Below, in pieces: positions 10,460 through 20,708 of a stretch of DNA of 61,458 nt. The notes under the pieces are model-generated. The model worked only from the letters and a program-made list of their open reading frames with translations. It had not been told where the DNA came from and did not search any database. Source of the DNA: Candidatus Omnitrophota bacterium (lineage in GTDB: Bacteria; Omnitrophota; JACPQZ01); contig JACPQZ010000013.1 in NCBI GenBank assembly GCA_016190205.1, positions 1 to 61,458 of the forward strand. The letters run 5' to 3'. The stretch's first letter is position 1; each line of letters begins with the position of its first letter. A program made the translations under genes and the position numbers.

Positions 10460-12721
10460 CTACGGTGTGGTATCCTCCGTTCCGCCCTCCACAGGTACAA
10501 TGGGCTTAGGCCCCTGTCCACCATAATTTCGTCCCAACTTAGGCGCATGGTAACTGGTGCTGAACTTGAACAGATTGTTTCCAGGAAATGCCTTGGGCTC
10601 AATCACGATCCACACCGACTCCGACTCCTTCAAGTTGTAATTAAAGGATAGGATGAAATCGTGCATTTCATATTCAAGGGTGTATTCCTTTTCGGGCCAA
10701 CCGCCCCCTCGCAAATCAAAACGGCTGAAAAAACGGAAGAACCACGTTCGACTGATTTGGTAACCTATTTCCGTAGTCAAATCGCTAGCCGCGTCCACGG
10801 TATACGCATAACCCAATCCCAGATCCATCCGTTTTCTATCCAACATGACATCCAATCGGTAGGTATCAATCCTATCCTGTATGTGGTCGTACTCCGCCCT
10901 CATTTCCGACAACAACCAGGGGTAGGGCCGCAACTCGAGTAATCCGGCGATGTTGGAGAACTTGCTATAATCCCCTTCTGGATTAATGGTGTAAGTGGTC
11001 TTCAATTCCAAATCGGCCACGTTAACATTGACCATGGGCCGGGAAGGCGGTTGCGGACCTTCGGCGGTTTCATCAGCCTCGCCGAGTCTTTTGGTTTGAA
11101 GCACATTGTCCAAGGTAAAAACGACGGAACTCGATCCCGCGCTGCCAGCCCCCCCTTGGATCAGACGCCCAGCCCCTACGGAAGGTCGTCTAAGATACGC
11201 ATAATCCATGGACGGTTTCACCAGATGTCTGAGTCGATTGATGTTCAATCCTAAAAAATTTGTGTATAAGTCAAACATTCTTTGTATGCGCGTGCTGGCA
11301 CCGACCCCTGTCCCGAAACCCGTCCGGTGAATATTGTCCTCCCCTCGGGCCTCCTTGCTCCACCAGTCCACCCTGTAATTTGCCCGCGGCGAAACATCCA
11401 GCCATCTGAAGAGACGCTGGGTATACGTCATCTGCTGAAAATAATCCCACTTCACAACGTCTGAATCCGACGTGGTGCTCAAGGACGGCCTCGGGATGGT
11501 CTCTTCTACAGCTCCCACGGACTTTTCATTGAAGTTGATCATGCTCGTTGATCCCTCGTAAAGCAACTTCTCGAACCACAGGGGCCGCGGATCCATAGAC
11601 AAGGTCAGCTCTGGAAGATGTTCCGTCACGGACTCATACCGATTCGCCCTCTTTAGGAAGTTAAAAAACAATTTATTCCCCTCCTGGGCATGGGTCAAGC
11701 TCACGAACGATGCCGGTGACGCCTCTTCCTGAAACTCATCTTCAAAATAATCTTGAGTGAAGTCGGCGTCACTTTGCTTGAACAACTCGGCCTCGACTGT
11801 AGTCCAGTCATCGACCAGCCATTTGTGCCGCAGTCTGGTCCGCCACCTCTCGTCCTCTGCCTTAAGGTCCTGCTCAAAGTGCCGGCTGCGCTCACGTGCG
11901 TAATACGTTTCGATTCTACCCGCCCCGAGATTCGGAGTGCGATAATCCAAATCCACGCCCCCTCCTGCCCCGAGCCGCTCGCGATAATCCAGATTCAACC
12001 TGCCCTGCAGATTATCGTTTATCCAATAGCCCCATGACGTAAGCACAAAGACACCAAAGTCCTTATTCTTTCCGGGCGTCACGATTACGGACGGCCGATG
12101 AAAATAATGAATATAATAAGGAAGCCAGGCGATAGGGTAATCGAATAGTTTGAACTTGGCATTTCGGCTGACTATCTTGTCATCCCAATAAATATCAATC
12201 GTGCGCGCCGCCACGCTGTAGTGGGGGACAGCGAAATCACAGGTGGTGATGTAACCTTCCTTCACGTTGAAGGTCGACGCGCTCGTCTTTTCTCCAAAAG
12301 GAGTTTTTCCATAAGCGAGCTTTGAGAAAGAGGCTACTTCGCCATTCTTGACGGTCCCAAGCTTGGTGTCAAAGTTATACCTCATCTCTTCCCCGCGGTA
12401 CTCATTGTCATCTTCCTGTAGGATGACGTTTCCCCTGGCAAATACATCCTTTGTTTGGAGATAGACCTCCGCATAGTCACACGTCAGGAGGAAACGCTCG
12501 GACGTGACCATCACGTGCCCTTGACCCACGACTTTTTGCTCGTCCGAAAGAAAGGTCACCACATCGGCCTCGCACTCCACCGGCGGCCCGCCGCCCTCTT
12601 CTTGGGCCTCTTCCGCTCCGGCAAGTGGGGCGCCGAGAAACGCAGGCAACAAAAAAAGGGCAAGCACTGCCCCTTGAATAGGTCCCATCAAATCTTTCAG
12701 GCTACGTGGCCGTGTGACCAC
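10460..12721 (-). CDS. lptD: LPS-assembly protein LptD (OstA-like N-domain plus beta-barrel)
   Basis: Signal peptide; ITTCD..PHYSVAA, P..WLPY.I motifs; long amphipathic beta-strand C-terminal region. Confidence 0.8.
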   Translation of the reverse strand: MVTRPRSLKDLMGPIQGAVLALFLLPAFLGAPLAGAEEAQEEGGGPPVECEADVVTFLSDEQKVVGQGHVMVTSERFLLTCDYAEVYLQTKDVFARGNVILQEDDNEYRGEEMRYNFDTKLGTVKNGEVASFSKLAYGKTPFGEKTSASTFNVKEGYITTCDFAVPHYSVAARTIDIYWDDKIVSRNAKFKLFDYPIAWLPYYIHYFHRPSVIVTPGKNKDFGVFVLTSWGYWINDNLQGRLNLDYRERLGAGGGVDLDYRTPNLGAGRIETYYARERSRHFEQDLKAEDERWRTRLRHKWLVDDWTTVEAELFKQSDADFTQDYFEDEFQEEASPASFVSLTHAQEGNKLFFNFLKRANRYESVTEHLPELTLSMDPRPLWFEKLLYEGSTSMINFNEKSVGAVEETIPRPSLSTTSDSDVVKWDYFQQMTYTQRLFRWLDVSPRANYRVDWWSKEARGEDNIHRTGFGTGVGASTRIQRMFDLYTNFLGLNINRLRHLVKPSMDYAYLRRPSVGAGRLIQGGAGSAGSSSVVFTLDNVLQTKRLGEADETAEGPQPPSRPMVNVNVADLELKTTYTINPEGDYSKFSNIAGLLELRPYPWLLSEMRAEYDHIQDRIDTYRLDVMLDRKRMDLGLGYAYTVDAASDLTTEIGYQISRTWFFRFFSRFDLRGGGWPEKEYTLEYEMHDFILSFNYNLKESESVWIVIEPKAFPGNNLFKFSTSYHAPKLGRNYGGQGPKPIVPVEGGTEDTTP

Positions 12722-12751
12722 TCCGATTGGTTTGCCCGGTTTATGCGCGGA

Positions 12752-13426
12752 TTACAAACAAGAAATTTGCTCTGGAAAGATCTTGTCCTTGACTTTGTTC
12801 CAATCCGCCAGAAAGCGCTCGAGGCCTAAATCCGTCTGGGGATGTTGAAAGAGCTGGTTAAAAACCTTGTACGGCATCGTGGCAACGTGCGCGCCCGCCT
12901 TGGCGGCCTCCACCACGTGCAGGGGATGACGGATGCTGGCGACCAGGATCTCCGTCTTGAAACCATAATTCTGATAGATGGTCCGGATGTCGCGTACCAA
13001 GTCCATGCCGTTCTGACTGATGTCGTCCAAACGGCCGATGAAGGGACTCACGTAGGTCGCCCCCGCCTTGGCCGCGATGAGGGCCTGCGAGGGAGAGAAG
13101 CAGAGGGTGACATTCACGCGGATACCCTGACTCACGAGTTCCCGGCAGGCCTGGATCCCCTCCTCTATGAGCGGCACCTTCACGACCACGTTTTTGTGGA
13201 CCTTCGCGAACCGCTTCCCTTCCTCGATCATCTCGGTCGCGTTCAAACCCACCACTTCCACGCTCACGGGACCCTGCACCGTCTGGCAGATATCCTTGAC
13301 CACCTCCCAAAAATTCCGCCCCTCTTTCGCGATCAGGCTGGGATTGGTGGTGACCCCGTCCAAAAGACCCAAGGCCCGCGCCCGGCGGATCTCTTCAATA
13401 TCGGCCGTATCCAAGAAAAATTTCAT
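12752..13426 (-). CDS. tal: Transaldolase, small FSA/TalC family
   Basis: [14 protein letters not shown], Schiff-base Lys in VVVKVP; SVEV and SPFIGR (Glu/Phe) indicate transaldolase rather than fructose-6-P aldolase. Confidence 0.9.
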   Translation of the reverse strand: MKFFLDTADIEEIRRARALGLLDGVTTNPSLIAKEGRNFWEVVKDICQTVQGPVSVEVVGLNATEMIEEGKRFAKVHKNVVVKVPLIEEGIQACRELVSQGIRVNVTLCFSPSQALIAAKAGATYVSPFIGRLDDISQNGMDLVRDIRTIYQNYGFKTEILVASIRHPLHVVEAAKAGAHVATMPYKVFNQLFQHPQTDLGLERFLADWNKVKDKIFPEQISCL

Positions 13427-14805
13427 GAGTGGTTACCTCCGAACACGTGAACGCGGTTCCTGCCCGCCCGTTTGGCCTCGTAGAGGGCCTCATCGGCCCG
13501 CTCCACGAGGGCCTGCGGCTCCTGGGCATCCAACGGAAATGTGCTGACCCCGATCGAAACAGTCATGTGGGTGGCGACATCGTAGGCCCGTATGGTGTGC
13601 CGCTCGATGGTCTGGCGAATGCGTTCCCCAACCTGCCGGCCGCCTTCCCGATCGGTCTCGGGAAGGGCGATAGAGAACTCCTCGCCACCGAGCCGGCCGA
13701 AGAGGTCCACCTCGCGTAAGGTTTCACGCGCGACGCGCGCCACTTCCCGCAAGGCCACGTCTCCGACCAAATGGCCGTGTTCATCATTGTACTTCTTAAA
13801 GTGATCGAGGTCAAGGACAAGGACGGTGAGTTCGAGGCTGTTTTTACGTGAGCGCTCGAACTCCTCCAAATACCGCTCGAGAAAATGTCTCCTTCGGAAC
13901 ACGCCCGTCAGTCCGTCGATCAAGGCGAGCTCCTGCACCGTCTCGTACAACGTGTCTTTCTTGATCTCCATGGAGAGCTGTCCGGCCAGAATGGCGAATT
14001 TCTCCGAAATCTCTTCGCTGAAGTTCTCCATCGTCAGGACACCCAGGAGGCGTCCCTCAAAAACAAGGGGGATGGCCATGAACGAAAAAAGACTTGCGGG
14101 GAGCGTGAGCGCCAGTGAAACGGGCCGGCGGGCCTCGGGCGTCACCCAGATGACCTCCATGCGTTCCGAGACCGACTGGACGATCTGGCGGTCGAAATTC
14201 ATCACGCCCACAATATTCGGGTGGGACCGCAGCTCCCGGTCAATCAGCGTGATGCGCCGTTTCTCGGAGGGCGGGATCATCGGCCGCTGGCCCTCCTGCT
14301 TTTGAATCTGGTAGATGCGCTCTATGCCGCCCGAAGGGCTGGGATTGAGAAGGATGAGCTTCACGGTCTCAAAGGAGAAGGCCCTGCGCAGGGTTCCGCT
14401 GAAGACCTCGAAGGTATCCACGAATTCCAGACTCGCATTCATGGATTTCGTGAGCTCATAAAGGCTCTCCAGCTCCAGGACGTTCTGCTCCAGATTTTCA
14501 TTCATCACGAGCGCGCGCTCATGGGATTGCCGAACCTTGACGAGGGCATCCTGCGTGGAGCGGATGCCCTCTTTAATCCCCGAGAGGGCACGCTGCCACG
14601 ACCTCCGGGAGACGTGCGCAATGAAGGCAGTCGAGGCACATAAAACCAAGGACAGGACGACAGCGGTCCAGGGCGCGCCCAGCCCGCGGCCCCAGGCGGC
14701 CAGAACGGCTGCCAGGACCCCCGTGGTGATCCAGACTGGGAGGATAGACCGCGCGCGCAAGGCAAGCAATATCAGAAGCTGCGCCCCGCCCGTCAGGACC
14801 CACAT
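13423..14805 (-). CDS. Membrane-anchored GAF-GGDEF diguanylate cyclase, I-site intact
   Basis: N-terminal TM helices, coiled coil, GAF-like region, [29 protein letters not shown]. Confidence 0.92.
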   Translation of the reverse strand: MWVLTGGAQLLILLALRARSILPVWITTGVLAAVLAAWGRGLGAPWTAVVLSLVLCASTAFIAHVSRRSWQRALSGIKEGIRSTQDALVKVRQSHERALVMNENLEQNVLELESLYELTKSMNASLEFVDTFEVFSGTLRRAFSFETVKLILLNPSPSGGIERIYQIQKQEGQRPMIPPSEKRRITLIDRELRSHPNIVGVMNFDRQIVQSVSERMEVIWVTPEARRPVSLALTLPASLFSFMAIPLVFEGRLLGVLTMENFSEEISEKFAILAGQLSMEIKKDTLYETVQELALIDGLTGVFRRRHFLERYLEEFERSRKNSLELTVLVLDLDHFKKYNDEHGHLVGDVALREVARVARETLREVDLFGRLGGEEFSIALPETDREGGRQVGERIRQTIERHTIRAYDVATHMTVSIGVSTFPLDAQEPQALVERADEALYEAKRAGRNRVHVFGGNHS

Positions 14806-16226
14806 ACCCGGTTCCTCCCCTCGCGCTTGGCTCGGTAGAGCGCCTGATCCGCCTTAGCGAAAAGTGTTTCCCGGTCCAGCGCGTCGCCGGGAAACGTAGC
14901 CACCCCAATGGAGACCGTCATGACCGTCTCCTGGCGGCGGATCGTAAAGCGAGAGGAGGCAATCTGCTTTCGGAACGCTTCCGCCCGCTTGAGCGCGGAC
15001 TCCTTCGTCATGTCCGGCAGGAGAAGTACGAACTCCTCCCCTCCGTACCTCGCCACGAGTTCGCCCGGACCCAGGCACCCTGACAGCATCTGGGCCAGCT
15101 GTTTTAAGACCTGATCGCCCGCGGCATGACCGTAGCGGTCGTTGTACTCCTTGAAGTGATCGAGATCGCAAATAAGAAGAGAGAGATCCTTTTTCCCGGT
15201 CAGGGCGCGCTGGTGTTCCTGCGCAAATCGCTCCTTAAAATACCGCTGGACAAAAAGACCCGTCAGACCGTCCCGGATGGCCAGCTCTTCCGTGCGGCGG
15301 TAAAGCCTGGAGTTCTCTACGGCGACCGAGGCCAGGCTGGCCAATATATCGAGGAGCCTTAAGTCATCCTGGCTGAAAACCCCGCACCCTTCGGCCTCGA
15401 TGCGTACGACCCCGGTGAGCGACTGCTTGGAACTTAAAGGGCACGTCATAACGGAACGGAAACGCCGGTCTTCTGGAGCAAGCTCTTCCTGCCTAAATCT
15501 GAAATCCGTCTCGCAGTCGTCGACCAAGAGCGGTTTGCGCTGCTTCAAAACCCAAAGGTCAAAGATATTTCCCGTCTTCGACCGCAGGGGAGATTGAACG
15601 CGGGGCTCCAGGTGAAACGCAAGTCCCAGTTCCCGAGATTCGTCGTCCACCAGGAAAATAAGACATCTCGCCGCCCGCTCGAATGAGTGGAGGGCGTATG
15701 TCGCCAGGATCCGGACGATGCGCTCCAGAGAGAGTGTGGAAGCGAACTCCTCCGTCACCTTTTTCAAATCCGCGTATCTCTGGAACTTTTTGCGCAGCGA
15801 TTCAGTCAGCCCCTTCGAGCGCTCATGCTCGAGCAGGACAACCTGGTGCTCCTCGCTCAACCCGTCGCACTGCGACTTTAGCACCATCTCCTCGGCCTCA
15901 AATCTGCGCCACAGGACGGCGCAGGCGCCAAACGCCGCCGCCACCATGAGGATCACCCCGTTGTACGAAAAGACGCCGTGAAGAAAAGAAATGGTGAAGA
16001 TGCCGGCCGACGCCAAGGCCGTCATGGCCGCGCCGCCCGGCATGCCCAAAAGCAAAAAGGCCCCCATGACCCCGAGCGTATTCAGCATGAGGATAAAGGG
16101 AGCGAGCGGTGCGTTGGCACCGCTCCGGATACACCACGCGACCGCGCGCTCTTCAAGCCCTGCTAAAACCAAAAAACCCAGCAGGGTAAGGCACCACCGC
16201 CAGGTCTTCGTCTGGTAAAAGGGCAT
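14793..16226 (-). CDS. Membrane-anchored GAF-GGDEF diguanylate cyclase, no RxxD I-site
   Basis: Several TM helices, GAF region, DGLTG, DLDHFKEYND, GPGE-LVARY-GGEEF. Confidence 0.92.
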   Translation of the reverse strand: MPFYQTKTWRWCLTLLGFLVLAGLEERAVAWCIRSGANAPLAPFILMLNTLGVMGAFLLLGMPGGAAMTALASAGIFTISFLHGVFSYNGVILMVAAAFGACAVLWRRFEAEEMVLKSQCDGLSEEHQVVLLEHERSKGLTESLRKKFQRYADLKKVTEEFASTLSLERIVRILATYALHSFERAARCLIFLVDDESRELGLAFHLEPRVQSPLRSKTGNIFDLWVLKQRKPLLVDDCETDFRFRQEELAPEDRRFRSVMTCPLSSKQSLTGVVRIEAEGCGVFSQDDLRLLDILASLASVAVENSRLYRRTEELAIRDGLTGLFVQRYFKERFAQEHQRALTGKKDLSLLICDLDHFKEYNDRYGHAAGDQVLKQLAQMLSGCLGPGELVARYGGEEFVLLLPDMTKESALKRAEAFRKQIASSRFTIRRQETVMTVSIGVATFPGDALDRETLFAKADQALYRAKREGRNRVCGS

Positions 16227-16234
16227 CGTTTTTT

Positions 16235-16302
16235 AGCTTATCAGCTATCAGCCTTCAGCTATCAGCTATCAGCTTTCAGCCTTCAGCTGAAGGCTGAAAG
16301 CT
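16235..16302. repeat. Heptamer tandem array (AGCTATC/AGCCTTC/AGCTTTC) ending in a perfect 32-bp palindrome
   Basis: agctatc agccttc agctatc agctatc agctttc agccttc agct gaaggct gaaagct; 16271-16302 is self-complementary. Confidence 0.9.
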
Positions 16303-16305
16303 ATG

Positions 16306-17409
16306 TTAAATAATGGTTAGGTCGGTCGTACAATCGAAAAAGTGGGCCTTGCTCATATCAAACACCACCGTCAAATCTTGATTGGGAGCGGCGCGCTCAT
16401 GGGCAGGAAACCGTGCGACAAAAAGGTGTTTCCCGGTTGAGAGGTGGAGATAGGTCTCGGCCCCCATAGGTTCACTCACCTCAACCGTAGCCGAGAGCGT
16501 ATTGTCCTCCGAAACCTCTGTGACAGACAGCTTGTCGTAAATATCCTCCGGCCGGATTCCAAAGATGACATCCTTCTCCCGGTAGGGAGCAATCCTCTCA
16601 TGCATATTGTCCAGAATCTTGACCTTGAAATTCCCTTCATCGAAATAGAAGGATCCATTTGCGCCCCGAACCCTTCCCTTCATGAAATTCATGGGAGGGC
16701 TCCCGATGAAGCCCGCGACAAAACGGTTGACCGGCTTATCATAAATGGAAATCGGATCGTCGTTCTGCTGGATCTGGCCCTCATGCATCACGACGATACG
16801 GTCCCCCATAGAAATGGCCTCCACCTGGTCGTGGGTCACATAGAACATCGTGGATTGGAGCCGGCTATGGAGCTTGATGATCTCCGCCCGCATCTGCACC
16901 CTCAGCTTGGCGTCGAGGTTGCTCAAAGGCTCGTCGAACAGAAACACCTGGGGCTTGCGCACGATGGCCCGTCCCAAGGCCACCCTCTGCCTCTGCCCGC
17001 CTGAAAGCGCCTTGGGCCGGCGGTCCAACATCTTCTCCAGCCCCAGAATGACGGCCGCCTCCTCCACGCGCTTTCGAATCTCCGCCTTGGGGTAGCGCCG
17101 GAGCTTAAGCCCGAATGCCATATTTTCATACACGCTCATGTGGGGATACAGGGCGTAGTTTTGAAAGACCATGGCGATCTCGCGTTCCTTGGGCGCGACA
17201 TCGTTTACCCGCCGCCCTCCGATATAAATGTCCCCGGCACTGACCTCCTCGAGTCCGGCCACCATGCGCAACGTGGTGGTTTTGCCGCAGCCCGAGGGCC
17301 CTACCAAGACGACAAACTCCCTGTCGCTCACCTTAAGATCAATCGCGCGGACGGCCTCGACATCATCACTAAACCTCTTCGTCACCTTCTCCAGCCTGAC
17401 CTCTGCCAT
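16306..17409 (-). CDS. Sugar ABC transporter ATP-binding subunit (MsmK/UgpC/MalK family)
   Basis: GPSGCGKTT, MVFQNYALYPHM, LSGGQRQR, FDEPLSNLDAKLR, YVTHDQVEA, C-terminal TOBE. Confidence 0.94.
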   Translation of the reverse strand: MAEVRLEKVTKRFSDDVEAVRAIDLKVSDREFVVLVGPSGCGKTTTLRMVAGLEEVSAGDIYIGGRRVNDVAPKEREIAMVFQNYALYPHMSVYENMAFGLKLRRYPKAEIRKRVEEAAVILGLEKMLDRRPKALSGGQRQRVALGRAIVRKPQVFLFDEPLSNLDAKLRVQMRAEIIKLHSRLQSTMFYVTHDQVEAISMGDRIVVMHEGQIQQNDDPISIYDKPVNRFVAGFIGSPPMNFMKGRVRGANGSFYFDEGNFKVKILDNMHERIAPYREKDVIFGIRPEDIYDKLSVTEVSEDNTLSATVEVSEPMGAETYLHLSTGKHLFVARFPAHERAAPNQDLTVVFDMSKAHFFDCTTDLTII

Positions 17410-17416
17410 GTTCCGG

Positions 17417-18334
17417 TTATGCCCTCCCTTTTGAGCCGGCGATGCGCGCCTGCCCCGCGGTCGCCGAAGGCGACTTTGCGGGTGCCTGTCCGTTCATGAG
17501 ATAATGCAAGAGCTGTGAAATAGTCTTTTTGAGATCACGTCTCGCCACGACCATGTCGATCAGTCCATGCTCCAGAAGAAATTCAGAACGTTGAAAACCC
17601 GGGGGGAGCTTTTGCCGGATGGTCTGTTCGATGACGCGAGGTCCCGTAAACCCCAAAAGCGCCTTCGGTTCCGCGATGACCAGATCCCCCAGCGAGGCAT
17701 AACTGGCCATGACCCCTGCCATGGTCGGATTGGTCAAAACTGAAATATAGGGCCGTCCGGCCTTTTGGTACCGGGCTATGGCCGTGCTTGTCTTGGCCAT
17801 CTGCATAAGGCTTAAGACGCTTTCATACATGCGCGCACCCCCTCCGGAACCCGAGACGATCACGACCGGCAGGCGTTCTTCGTGGGCATGCTCCACCAGG
17901 CGCGTGAGCTTTTCCCCCACCACAGAGCCCATGGACCCCATGATAAAGCGCGAATCCGTCACCCCAAACGCTACCGTCACTCCATCCATACGGCCGGTCC
18001 CCGTTACACAGGCCTCTTTAAGACCTGTTATTTTGCGGTCTTCCGCAATCTTTTCGGTATAGGTCTTCGGTCCCTTAAAGGAGAGAAAATCAACGGACTC
18101 AAGGTTCGGCTCGCGCTCTTTAAAACTTCCGGAATCCAGGAGCAGATTGATACGTTCAGAAGCCCCCAGAGTGAAGTGATACGAACACCTGGGGCAGACC
18201 ATCAGGTTGTCCGCAAGATGCTTGTTAAAAATAGCCCTCTCGCAGTCCGGGCACTTCGTCCAAAGGCCGGCCGGGATTCCGCGTTTCCGGGGTCTTTCGC
18301 TGCGGGGGTCCGCTGGCTTCCCAAAAAGGGGCAT
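17417..18334 (-). CDS. accD: Acetyl-CoA carboxylase carboxyltransferase beta subunit
   Basis: WTKCPDC..VCPRC zinc finger, GSMGSVVGEK, GGARMYE, LMQMAKTS, GFTGPRVIEQT. Confidence 0.95.
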   Translation of the reverse strand: MPLFGKPADPRSERPRKRGIPAGLWTKCPDCERAIFNKHLADNLMVCPRCSYHFTLGASERINLLLDSGSFKEREPNLESVDFLSFKGPKTYTEKIAEDRKITGLKEACVTGTGRMDGVTVAFGVTDSRFIMGSMGSVVGEKLTRLVEHAHEERLPVVIVSGSGGGARMYESVLSLMQMAKTSTAIARYQKAGRPYISVLTNPTMAGVMASYASLGDLVIAEPKALLGFTGPRVIEQTIRQKLPPGFQRSEFLLEHGLIDMVVARRDLKKTISQLLHYLMNGQAPAKSPSATAGQARIAGSKGRA

Positions 18335-18475
18335 TTACCTAACCGATTGCGTGTGAGATAGTAAAATCTGAAGGTAACGGCGCGTGTATTTAAAGAAGTA
18401 TACTTCTTTCCAAAACTAATGTCAAGCAAACTGAAGCAAGCGCCTTTTTCTTAACATATTAATATAACTAGGGTT

Positions 18476-18505
18476 TTGCGACAATGGCACGTTTCATGCT
18501 ATAAT
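18476..18505 (+). promoter_or_regulatory. sigma70 promoter of rpoN overlapped by a sigma54 (-24/-12) site
   Basis: TTGCGA(18476)-18 nt-TATAAT(18500) with TGn extension; TGGCACGTTTCATGCT at 18485-18500 with GG and GC 12 nt apart. Confidence 0.7.
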
Positions 18506-18540
18506 TTCATGAACAACAACAAGGATGCCTCACATTCTCC

Positions 18541-20028
18541 ATGGCACTCGAAACCAGACTGACGCAGAAGCTCACAACCCAGCTCACCCTTACCCCCCAA
18601 CTCAAGTTATCCATAGATATCCTCCAACTCCCCATCCTGGAGCTTGCCGCAAGGATCCAGCAGGAACTTGCTGAAAATCCTGTTTTAGAGGAAGACGACG
18701 ACTCCCGCTCCGCCGAGCCTTCCGATCGCCCAGACGGCGAAGCCTCCCGCAATAAGATGGAGCAGGAGTGGGATGCCAAGGACGTGGCACTCGCCAACCT
18801 CGTGGAAAGCTGGAAGGAAAGCTTTCAGACATCCCTCAACGAACGCCCTGAAGATATCCAGTCAAAGTTAGATTATTTAGAAACCCTGATTTCAAAGCCG
18901 CCCACCCTGGCCGAGCACCTCCTCCATCAATACGGCCTGATATCATCCGGCGAAGAGGAGAAAAGAATTGCGGAAACCATTATAGGAAATTTGGATGAAA
19001 ACGGCTATCTGAAATCTACTATAGAGGAAATGGCCCAAGATCTGCAAAAAGAGCGGGGCCTAGTGGAGGAGGTCCTTAAAAAGGTGCAGGGGCTTGACCC
19101 GCCCGGAATCGCGGCCCAGGACCTCAAGGAGTGCCTGATCCTTCAGCTCGCCCGGCTTCCCCAATCCAACCCACGACTCATCGCGGAAAGAATCGTGCGC
19201 GGGGCGCTGGCCTTCCTCGAGAAAAAGCAGTTTGCCAAGATAGCGAGGGCGCTTTCGCTCACGCAGACTGAAGTCGCCCACGCCGTTCGGGTCATCTCCG
19301 AACTGGAGCCCAAGCCGGGCCGCCGCTTCAGCAATGAGCGGGTGATCGCCGCCGTGCCGGATGTGGTCATTCTGGACAAAGACGGCGAACTCAACCTCGC
19401 CGCACGGGATGAAGACCTGCCCCGCTTGAGGATCAGCGAGCGCTACCGCAGGATGCTCAAGGACCCCCGTCTGGACAAGCAGGCAAAAGATTTCATACGG
19501 CAAAAAATGCAGCTCGCGGCCGGCTTCATCCGCGCCGTCGATCAGCGCCACACGACGCTCATCCGCATTGCCAAGGAACTCGTAACCACGCAGAAACTCT
19601 TTCTCGAGAAAGGCATTGAATACTTAAAACCCCTGCGCCTTAAAGACATCGCCCGCGCCACGGGCCTGCATGAATCCACCATCAGCCGCACGGTGCAGAA
19701 TAAATACATTGAGACGCCCAACGGGGTTTATCCGCTCAAGCACTTTTTCAGCCGGGCCATCCCGTCCCAAAACGGAGATCCCATGAGCCAGGCCAGCATT
19801 AAAGACCGCATCCGGCGCCTGATAGACGAGGAAAGCCCGGGCGAGCCCTTGAGCGACGCCCAGGTCACCCGCGTATTAAAAAGCGACGGCGTGGCCATTG
19901 CCCGCAGGACGGTGGCAAAGTACAGGGAGGAGCTCAAGATTCCGCCTACCCATGAGCGCAGGAGAAAAGATAGACATGAAACCGTTATGAGGGAGGAGAG
20001 AGGAAGGAAGAGAGATGAGAAGGTTTAG
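18541..20028 (+). CDS. rpoN: RNA polymerase sigma-54 factor
   Basis: Q/L-rich region I, ENPVLE, IGNLDENGYL, HESTISRTVQNKY, RpoN box ARRTVAKYREEL. Confidence 0.97.
   Translation: MALETRLTQKLTTQLTLTPQLKLSIDILQLPILELAARIQQELAENPVLEEDDDSRSAEPSDRPDGEASRNKMEQEWDAKDVALANLVESWKESFQTSLNERPEDIQSKLDYLETLISKPPTLAEHLLHQYGLISSGEEEKRIAETIIGNLDENGYLKSTIEEMAQDLQKERGLVEEVLKKVQGLDPPGIAAQDLKECLILQLARLPQSNPRLIAERIVRGALAFLEKKQFAKIARALSLTQTEVAHAVRVISELEPKPGRRFSNERVIAAVPDVVILDKDGELNLAARDEDLPRLRISERYRRMLKDPRLDKQAKDFIRQKMQLAAGFIRAVDQRHTTLIRIAKELVTTQKLFLEKGIEYLKPLRLKDIARATGLHESTISRTVQNKYIETPNGVYPLKHFFSRAIPSQNGDPMSQASIKDRIRRLIDEESPGEPLSDAQVTRVLKSDGVAIARRTVAKYREELKIPPTHERRRKDRHETVMREERGRKRDEKV
19989..20023. repeat. Purine-rich degenerate heptamer run in the rpoN 3' end
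   Basis: gagggag gagagag gaaggaa gagagat gagaagg. Confidence 0.55.
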
Positions 20029-20057
20029 TCTCAAATCTCGAGTGCCACGTCTTAAGC

Positions 20058-20441
20058 CTATCTGTTGGGGAGTCCGGATTGCGGATTGGGAATTGCCGAT
20101 TGGGCGGTTTTCGACCTGAATTCCTGCATGACGAGACCTTCTGCAAGATCCTCCACGCGATGAGAAAATTCTAGGTCCCGGGGAACAAGGGCGATCCTGG
20201 AATAAGACGGCGGGGTCGGCAGGCGAAAACGAAGGCCCTCCGGGGTAAACGTTTGACTCATGGCCTGCGAGACGAGTTCCACCACCTCCACGCGCGTTAT
20301 CTCACCCTCGGCGTGCACCCGGTCTAGAAGCGACTGAACCAGCCCATCCACGTCTGCCGACGTCACCTCATCCGCCGCAAAGGCAACGCACCCCCACCCC
20401 GCGAGCGCACAAGCCACCATGAGCACGAGCATCTTTTTCAC
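20058..20441 (-). CDS. Hypothetical secreted protein
   Basis: GTG start with GGTGGGG RBS, signal peptide MKKMLVLMVACALAGW; C-terminal tail encoded by a heptamer array. Confidence 0.65.
   Translation of the reverse strand: MKKMLVLMVACALAGWGCVAFAADEVTSADVDGLVQSLLDRVHAEGEITRVEVVELVSQAMSQTFTPEGLRFRLPTPPSYSRIALVPRDLEFSHRVEDLAEGLVMQEFRSKTAQSAIPNPQSGLPNR
20075..20102. repeat. Heptamer array (CGGATTG)
   Basis: cggattg cggattg ggaattg ccgattg. Confidence 0.8.
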
Positions 20442-20540
20442 GATGTACCCCCACCTATAAGTTTACCTGGCGCAGCACACAAACACCAACCGCCAATCAA
20501 TTCTGTGCGTATCTCGCATGCCATCGTCCGTCAATCGCCT

Positions 20541-20708
20541 GTCGTGAGGGGTGTGTGATGGGTGGTGAGACAGACCCATCACCCATCACTCAACACACAC
20601 GACAAACGTTGCTCGTTCTGAAATCGCTTCACGAGCGACGCTTCACGCACCCCGCACCCCGCACAACGCATCCCGCACAACGCGCCCCGCACAACGCATC
20701 ACGCAGCT
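20541..20708. repeat. Two heptamer arrays (ACCCATC hairpin type; CGCWCNN type)
   Basis: acccatc acccatc actcaac acacacg at 20574, with an inverted partner gtgatgggt; 12 CG-phased units from 20625 (cgcttca cgagcga cgcttca cgcaccc cgcaccc cgcacaa...). Confidence 0.9.

Noticed and set aside
12752-13426. Fructose-6-phosphate aldolase (fsa) call
   Set aside because: Active-site Glu (SVEV) and Phe (SPFIGR) fit transaldolase, not the Gln/Tyr of FSA
20461-20472. 12-bp match gtttacctggcg shared with the ECF -35 region at 56955
   Set aside because: Chance 12-mer matches are expected in 61 kb, and the matching -10 would overlap the start codon
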